From Phoronis australis (lineage: Eukaryota; Animalia; Phoronida), in assembly GCA_002633005.1 (NCBI GenBank), contig NMRA01000015.1:848297-912296 (forward strand): a stretch of DNA of 64,000 nucleotides, in the 5' to 3' direction. A program made the translations under genes and the position numbers. The notes under the pieces were generated by a model. It saw only the letters and a program-made list of their open reading frames with translations, was not told where the DNA came from and searched no databases. Shown one piece after another: positions 14,801 through 23,800 of the stretch. Positions within the stretch are counted from its first letter, which is position 1. Each line of letters opens with the position of its first letter.

Positions 14801-17800
14801 GCGTTCCCGAGATGAGAACCGAAGGAAGTGTTCGTGCTGGCTTTTATTGCAATTGTCATGGAGCTAAGACCGATTTATTTAAATAATCTGAACATAAAAA
14901 GCATGCTTTTACAACCTCAACTGATGTTTCTGATGTCTGTTTCGTGAAAAGTGACTTAAAGCTTAATGCAGAGATTTGATCTAATGCTCCCACTTCCCAA
15001 TTGGCAAATAAAGGTTTAGTTATGTACTTATTACACATTTCTGCCTACACATTTAGTTATGTACTTATTACACATTTCTGCCTACACGTTTAGTTATGTA
15101 CTTATTAACACATTTCTGCCTACAAGTTTAGTTATGTACTTATTACACATTTCTGCCTACACATTTAGTTATGTACTTATTACACATTTCTGCCTACACA
15201 TTTAGTTATGTACTTATTACACATTTCTGCCTACACATTTTCTCAGTATGTAATAGCTTGAGTATATTCTCAGAAATTGTGGTCACTGTGATATATATTT
15301 ATTGAAGGATACACAGAACATACAAAGAAATAATAACAAACCCAGAAACCGCGAAGCATTATATCAGAAATTGTGGTCATTCACACCAATGACAGAAACC
15401 TTTGAAAAATTAAAAAAAGTAATTTTGGCAATTATGTTTGTTAGAAATTTGATGAACTTTATTTATCTATTAATCCTGGGCTCTGTTCCACGAAAGTTTA
15501 AGTCTCGGGCTTGATTGTTGGCATGGCGTCAACCGCATTGTTCAACAAGCGCAACGTGACATGTGATGGAGTGACAGCATGAATTTTACTTAGACTAAAA
15601 TAGTTTATGAAAGAGACTGGACGGAGTGGTATATACAGCTAATCGTGACGTATTGGTGCATGCTTTAATTAGCGACAGGTACGTTTGCTCTTTCATTCTT
15701 AGTATGTCATTGATCTGAAGTTCCCAAATGCGTTGTAAAACCACCCTAACGCCTTTGTTCACAACCAATATGGAGGACTGGCTTTGTGTTTAAATTTCTC
15801 GCAGCATGGTTGGCTGGAAAATTAGCTTGATTGACATTTCAGGACTATCCAACGGAGTGTGACGAGGAATGTCATTTGAATTGACTAAAGAACCGTTTTT
15901 TATCGACCTGAACTTACCATTAGACCATACCCAGTGGTCTTCTGTAACACGGTCATTCAAGCCAATCCATACACTGTCGTTGCCCCAATGCAAGTCTTCC
16001 AAAACCTGTTGTATAAACTCTTGCACAGCGTTGTCTCGGATAACCACCAGGTGTCCTCCGTTTTTCGAACACCTGTCCTCTGCCACGACCCAGTCTTCCC
16101 TCAGAGACACAAACTCGTAGCAAATTCCATTTCGCACACGAGTTGATTCGGTGTTGTTCTTTTGAAGACAAATGGGGTGCACTCATGTTGTTGAACCGTG
16201 TGTTGATTTCGTCGACGTTTCTATTACTATTGACATCTTAGGAGACGGGGTAGACGCTGAAGATACCACACCTTCTGTTAAGAAACTGACCACTTACAAA
16301 TATATAAAATGGGGAATGTGGTTTCAATTTGTTCCTGACCCAGATTAGAGGCTACTTCCGATCTTGGAGGGTACAGGCTGTTGGTTATTTTTTCAGATCA
16401 GGCTTGTAGTGACAGGATGTTAGTCGCCGGAGAGCACGGTAACTAGTCAGGCAAAAACGAACTTTCCGCTACTTCTCATCCGAGTAAGCACGGCCAGATT
16501 AAGTCACCGTCACCATGCTGATTCGAGATTACACGGGTATTTATCCTTCGAAAACTGTGGTCGTCATGTTAGTCTGGGACTGATGTCACGCAGTGATTCA
16601 AGAGCTTTTATTAACAGAACAATTTGCAAGTTAGCTGTGGCGTGCTTCAAAAGAGTTTTGTCGTTCGGGTACACATTTCCAAGTAAAATTTCATTAGTTC
16701 TTAACATTATGACTTTTTTCTTTAAAGCGATTGGTGGGTTATTTTGCGTTTATCAATAACTAATTTGGTGCTGGCTGTACACATTTGCAAAGAGCGTTCG
16801 CCGATTCAATAATCTAACCTTGGGGAAGTGAACCATTGACAGTGACATTGGTGGCCACTTCCTTTCGTGAGGACAAAGACGTCATGGCATGTTTTGTTGA
16901 TATACCGAGTGTTGTTGGTAAGGTCGGCGAGGGAGTATACTCTGAAAAAGTTAAGTTTATCATAAATAACTCCATATAAACCTTAAAATTCGGCTTATTT
17001 CGCCGGAGCATCAGATCTCAGATATGACAGTTAGAAAATCGTGACAATTGCTGCGGTTTATGTGACGAAAATATATCAAGTGACCTGAGCACAGACTTTT
17101 GTTTCGTAGCTGAGGAAATTGACCGTAATATTTGGAATCTCTCAAACGGCAAAGCAGGTGGAATTAACGAGGTTCTATTTGAATTGTTGAAGAATACTAC
17201 GACCACCCATTGTTCCCCTGTTCGAATTGTTCTTCAATAGAATTCTGGATATAGCTCACTAGTCACAGGCCTGTTGTGACGCTAAAAGTTTTCCCATATT
17301 TAAACAGAGTCCACTGAGTACCACTTAGCCAGCCAGCTAGCTGTATGCAGACTGTCGTCAAAGTACAGCTAGGTCCCACTGTGTGGAGCCTTGGTGCAAA
17401 GCTGTATACTGAATATACACCTTTGCGCCCATTTAGGTAAAATAAACACCAACTAAAATCTGACACAAAACTATACCCTTCCTAAAGTATTTACTGGTGT
17501 TAGAAAAATTGGCGTTCTACCGTTATTCTGCTGTTAAAGTTATGGTGCTATCTTTTGCGTCGGCTTTGGCCGGTTCCATGAAATATTACGTCACCTTTAG
17601 GCCAACTTCGTTTTTCGACGGCTTTTCAATCAACTGTTCTTCTCTTCCCACCACAAGGCTGCGTACATGTCACAATAAATGATCGGAGCTTGGGTTTCAT
17701 TTCTTTACAAATTTTTGGCATTTTACTGCCAGCAAACCGAATTTTAGAACAAACTTTACCGCTGCGAAAGTATCATCTCCCAGAGATGTCGCAAAATTTT

Positions 17801-20800
17801 AGGAAATGTCGCGTGCGCGTGTCAGGAGCGTACTGTTTTCAAAACGACGACAGACTTTTCTTTGTTGCAAAAGGCGGAGGATTATGTATGAAAATGACGT
17901 TAATCAGATTTTTTCTTCAACGGCTGCAACGGGCAAGGCGAGTGGCGGTTGGCTCCCAGAGTGTGCCACCCCGCCATTAACATAAGCTTCACGACGTGGT
18001 GACGAGAAGAAGTGTCCCGGCTGTTTGAAATGTCGCAGTGACGGAGCTTAACACACATTTATTCCAGCTGGATTTTGACGAGAGTCTTCATACAGCTAGC
18101 TGGTTGGCTGCACTGCGTGTTGAGCTTCGTTAGTCCCTTGCTTCCCGGTCGCTGTATCTTGAGTCACTGTTGCAAATTCCCGGCGTAACAACAACGCTTC
18201 ACGGGCATTTTACAGAGCAAAGTGATTTAATACCCCTCAAAGAACACAATTATCGATACTATAAATCTGACTTGCACTTTCAATAGCCGTAAAGTACTCG
18301 CAACTCACCATACTGACAAATGTACTGAAAGCTGGTGAACCATTTGGAACAACTGTCGTCCTTCCACTTGAAGTCATCGAGACTTAAGAAGACGCAGTCT
18401 TCTTCGGCAAAAACCCCACCACCACTTGGTTCACCGGTAGCCCAGTTATTGAAACTTCCTCCAAGAATCACGCCTGAGATTATTAATTAATTATCAAAAT
18501 TATAAAGGGATCTCTGTTCGCACTTACAGCGTTTTTAGCTAGAACACAAAATACAAGGTTACTTGCTCACAGAGAATGTGTCTCAAACCTCTAAACCTCT
18601 CTATACCACGATAATAAACGACATACACTCCCAACAAATCGACTAGGACATGGACTAAGGGAGGTTCTCTAAAAGGTACCTACCTTAAAAAGGATGTCAA
18701 AGCCTTACGAAACCTGGCAGAATCGTTATCTCATTTCCTTTTGATTGTCGTAATTAGTGGCTGTTATGACACGAAAACTTATGAGACGAATTTGATAAAG
18801 TTTTTAATCAGCCTGCTGTAATTTGGTTGTTAGCCGGCCGTGAATACGCTGAAAATTTGCAAGCTGGGTGTTTGTGGCAGAAAGCGTTCAGTAGTTGTCG
18901 TTATTTTTAAAGATTATCAGTGACTTCAGTTTACCTATTTCCTGTCTATTTCACGTTCTCTGAGTCATATAACTAACTTGCCACATAACGTAAACCCGAT
19001 AAGTCCAAGTATCAAACCCCCAGAAATTCTGCTGTGAATTATTACCATTTGCATGTATCAAACGTAAACAATCAGTATTTCAGTGCCGTGCTAATAAAAA
19101 CATGGCCTCCGAAGAATCGTGTTATCAAATGAGTTTGGTCAGACTGCGCATGACGACGCTGATCTGGCGTCACAACCTGGTCAGAATCTACTGGCATATG
19201 GATTGTTTCCAGTTACGTCATCAGTACCCGGAAGTGCGCCATATTGGAAGACAAGTAGAGACGTTTGTTTCGATTTTGCGGCAATAGGATAGGCCCAATA
19301 AAGGGGCGTGAAGATTGTTTTTACAGGAAGCTAGGGTCAAATTTCAGGAATCCAAGAGCTTTGAGTAAGGATGAACCCTTACGACCTTAGGCCTCCTGGC
19401 CAAGTGCCTCAGTGAACGAAAGATGCAAAAGTTTATATAAACATTCCGTACCGTTGGACCACTCCCAACTGTTCTCCGTGTTGCGATCGCTTAAACCAAT
19501 CCATACTCCACCACTGCTTCCCCAATTTAGGTTCCTCAAAGTCTGCTCTATAAACTGTTGCGTAGCGTTATCTCTGATAGCCACCAGATGTCCTTCGTGG
19601 TACGCGCACGCGGACTCTGCTGCGTTCCAATCTGAGGTGGCGTTTTGGAAAAACTCGTAACAGGCGTCATTCAGGATACGGAGAGTGTTACTCAACTGAG
19701 AACATCGGCCCAGATTCGCAATAACTAGAAACAACAAAAACAGAATGGGGAAGGTTTTTAGCACATTGGCTATGGCCAGCAATGAATTTCGTGAGTCACA
19801 GGCGGTATTCACAAGGGCTGTTGCACTCGCGAGACCAAATATTAGCTCTTTATGCTACTATAGCTAAGCCCTGTGGACATTTTTATCGTGACTTTATCGA
19901 CTTTTCAAAGGGTTTTGAGAGAGTTCCTCACATGCTTTTATGGTATTAATTGGCTTCCATGGTAACATACAAAGTCTTAAACTTGATGTACAGCCAATTA
20001 CAAATATGTGTCAAGACTCGAGAAATGGTGACGGATATTTGACAGTAACAACGGACCCAGATAAAGATTATGATTAGCTCCCTGCTGTTTGTCACGTATT
20101 TGAATTAATTTAAAGAACATCTAAACAATGCCCAAAGTAAAACTGAAAATCATAACAATGAAAATGCATCGGAAGGGAAATCGATATCATATGGGGATGG
20201 TATGCTTCTTTTGGTGAGCATAAAAAACTATCTGCAAGGAATTTTAAGTTGTCGCTATGGTTATTGCGCTTTTTGGGGTCAGTGTAAATGTAAAAAATAT
20301 TATTATGATTATTGTTTTGAGAAATGGTGGCCACTCAGAGCCTTTGAGCAGGGGCATTATAGAAATAATGTAGTAGACTTAGTCTTCCAATGTAAAATCT
20401 TGGTATGTTTTAGGGCCAAGTTGGTTTAGTCAAAAGTTACTAAGCTAACTCACAAATCATTTTTATGAGCGTTATAACTGATGATTTAACTCCATCGACG
20501 GGTTCTTTCGTGTCGAGCAATAACCCATTCAGTGGTGGTTATTCACACTTACCCAAAGAGCGTTAGCTGTCTGAATAACCTTACTGTCAGACGATTGACT
20601 GTGGGTTTGTTTAAAAGGTAGCTATGCTTTGAGATTGTGCGTAGATGGAGAGTGAATAATCAAATCCAGTAATTAATTTATTACATGATAACCCCTAATT
20701 AGGCAAATGAAACCTATTGTTGATTAAGTAATCAACTACAAAGAGTAACTGCGCTATCGCCCTCTTAAAATTTTACTTTAATCAAACAACCAAAACCATC

Positions 20801-23800
20801 AAATGTCTTATCTGCTATCCAAGCTAGGACTCTCCACTTGTTGGATGTCTGTCCTGTTGGTGAATCTTCGAACTACACACACTGTATAGGGACAGTGTAC
20901 TTGCTGGTCACCGTATCTGGTGATGCAACACTTGCAGGCAATTTCTTCTACCCGCCATTCTTCTTGCTGGTCACAGTCTCTGGCTGTTGACGCAACACTT
21001 CAGGTAATACCTTACTACCCACAATGCAAGTGACAAGCTCTTAATTAACTTCCTGTTCGTTAACCCTTGCCCTTGCCAAGACCCTTTCTAGAATCATCCA
21101 CGAGATGGCTCTGTAGTACATTTGCTTCTGTACACCGCAGTAAGTCTTTATGCTTCAACTTCTATAGCTCATCTAATTATCTTGTTGATTTCAGCCCATA
21201 ATATATTCATTCTACTTATTTAGTGATTGGCTAATAAAAACCACATGACCATTTCCACTCATATTATTGGCTGTTACAATTTGTTCTCAGAATATTCTAG
21301 AATATCTAGAGTACTTTGACCCCAGAACCCAAAGTTGTAAACACCATCTAAAAATAGATTTTGACGTTAAAATACATGTCAACAAGTCTGACCTCATGAT
21401 TTAAAAGTGCATATGCTCAAATTTTGGGCAACTTAAAATGGATCTATTCTTACTAATTACTTAATCAATATTTATTCTGACACTTACCTTGAAGACTTGA
21501 ACTGTTGACAGTGACATTGGTGGCAACTTCCTTTCGTGTCGACAAAGACGTCATGGCGTGTTTTGTTGATATACCGAGTGTTGTTGGTAAGGTCGGCGAG
21601 GAAGTATACTCTGACAAGGTTAAGTTTATCATGAATAACTCCAGATAACTCTTAAAGTTTGGCTTATTTCGCTGGAGCATCAGATATCAGATATGACTGG
21701 TTGTTAGACAGTTAGAAAATCGTGACAATTGCTGTAGTTTATGTGACGAAATTTTATCAAGTGACCTGAGCACAAACTTTTGTTTCTTATCTGAGGAAAT
21801 TGACCATAATATTTGGAATCTCTCAAACGGCAAACAGGTGGAATTAAGGAGGTTCTATTTGAAATGTTGAAGAACACTACGACCATCCATTGTTCCCCTG
21901 TTCGAATTGTTCTTCAATAGAATTCTGGATATAGCTCACTACTGACGGGCCTGTTGTGACGCAAAAAGTGTTCCCATATTTAAACAGAGTCCACCGATGA
22001 TGAGATCAATTATAAGGTTATCACATTATAGCCAGGAGTTGGAAAATTTTTAACACATTGGCTGAGGCCAAGAATGAACTTCGTGAGTCACCGGCGGTAT
22101 TTACAAAGGCTGTTGCACTCGCGATACCAAATATTAGTTCTTTACGCTATTTGAAAAGTATATTTCTAAGCCCCGTGGAGTTTTTATCGTGCCTTTGCCG
22201 ACTTTTAAAAGGGATTTGACAGAGTTCCTCACATGCTTTCATGGTATTAATTGACATCCATGGTAACATACAAAGTCTTAAAACTTATGAAAAGCCAATT
22301 ACAAATATGTGTCAAGACTCGAGGAATGGTGACGAATATTTAACAGTAACAACGGACCCAGACAAAGTTTATGATTAGCTCCCTGCTGTTTGTAACGTAT
22401 CTGAATGAATTTAAGGAAGATCTAGACAATGCCCAAAGTAAAAATGAAATTTATAACAATGAAAATGCATCGGAAACGAAATCGATTTCATATGGAGATG
22501 GTATGGCCGTTTCTTTTGTTGAGCATAAATTATTATCTGCAAGGAATTTTATATTGTCGTTATGGTTATTGAGTTTTTGGGGTCAGTGTAAATATAACAA
22601 AGACTATTTTGATTATTGTTTTTAGAAAAGGCGGAAGCTCAGAGCCTATGAGAAGTGGCACTATTGAAATAAAGTAGTAGAAGTAGTCTTCCAATGTACA
22701 ATTTTGGTATGTTTTTCGGGGCCAAGCTGGTATAGTCAAAAGTTGCTAAGCCAACTTACAAATCATAACTTTATGAGCGTTATACCTGATGAATTAACTC
22801 CATCGACGGGTTCGTTTGTGTCGAGCAATAACCCATTCAGTGGTGGCTATTCACACATACCCAAAGAGCGTTCGCTGTCTGAATAACCTTACCTTGAAGA
22901 CGTGAACTGTTGACAGTGACATTGGTGGCAACTTCCTTTCGTGTCGACAAAGACATCATGGCGTGTTTTGTTGATATACCGAGTGTTGTTGGTAAGGTCG
23001 GCGAGGAAGTGTACTCTGAAAAGGTTAAGTTTGTCATGAATAACTCCATATGACTCTTAAAAGTCGGCTTGTTTCGCCGAAGCATAAGATCTCAGATATG
23101 ACTGGTTGTTAGACAGTTAGAAAATCGTGACAATTGCTGTGGTTTATGTGTTGAAAATATATCAAGTGACCTGAGCACAAACTTTTGTTTCTTATCTGAG
23201 GAAATTGACCGTAATATTTGGAATTTCTCAATTTCCAAACAGGTGGAATTAAGGAGGTTCTATTTGAAATGTTGAAGAACACTACGACCATCCATTGTTC
23301 CCCTGTTCGAATTGTTGTTCGATAGAATTCTGGATATAGCTCACCACTCACTGGCCTGTTGTGACGCAAAAAGTGTTCCCATATTTAAACAGAGTCCACT
23401 GAAGTTGAGATCCATTATAAGGGTATCACATTATAGCCAGGAGTGGGGAAGATTTTTAAAACATTGGCTGAGGCCAAGAATGAACTTCGTGAGCCACAGG
23501 CGGTATTTACAAAGGCTGTTGCACTCGCGACACCAAATATTAGCTCTTTACGCTATTTGAAAAATATATTTCTAAGTCCCGTGGACGTTTTTATCGTGCC
23601 TTTCCGACTTTTCAAAGGGTTTTGACAGAGTTCCTTACATTCTTTTATGGTATTAATTGGCATCCATGGTAACATACAAAGTCTTAAAACTTATGTACAG
23701 CCAATTACAAATATGTGTCAAGACTCGAGGAATGGTGACGAATATTTGACAGTAACAACGGACCCAGACAAAGTTTATGATTAGCTCCCTGCTGTTTGTA

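Larger units (their letters stand above)
18149..19742. repeat. Recent direct duplicate of 10374-11965 (CTLD cassette)
   Basis: Base-by-base near identity over about 1.6 kb including the intron. Confidence 0.95.

Noticed and set aside
15015-15240. CRISPR-like 37-bp repeats
   Set aside because: No spacers, no cas genes, eukaryotic intron
16183-16185. Selenocysteine interpretation of the TGA
   Set aside because: The position is in an unconserved linker rather than a Cys site, and no SECIS was identified
7419-19660. Plus-strand ORFs overlapping the CTLD exons (7419, 11635, 15869, 19412)
   Set aside because: Antisense shadows of the lectin exons; their mutual similarity comes from the opposite strand
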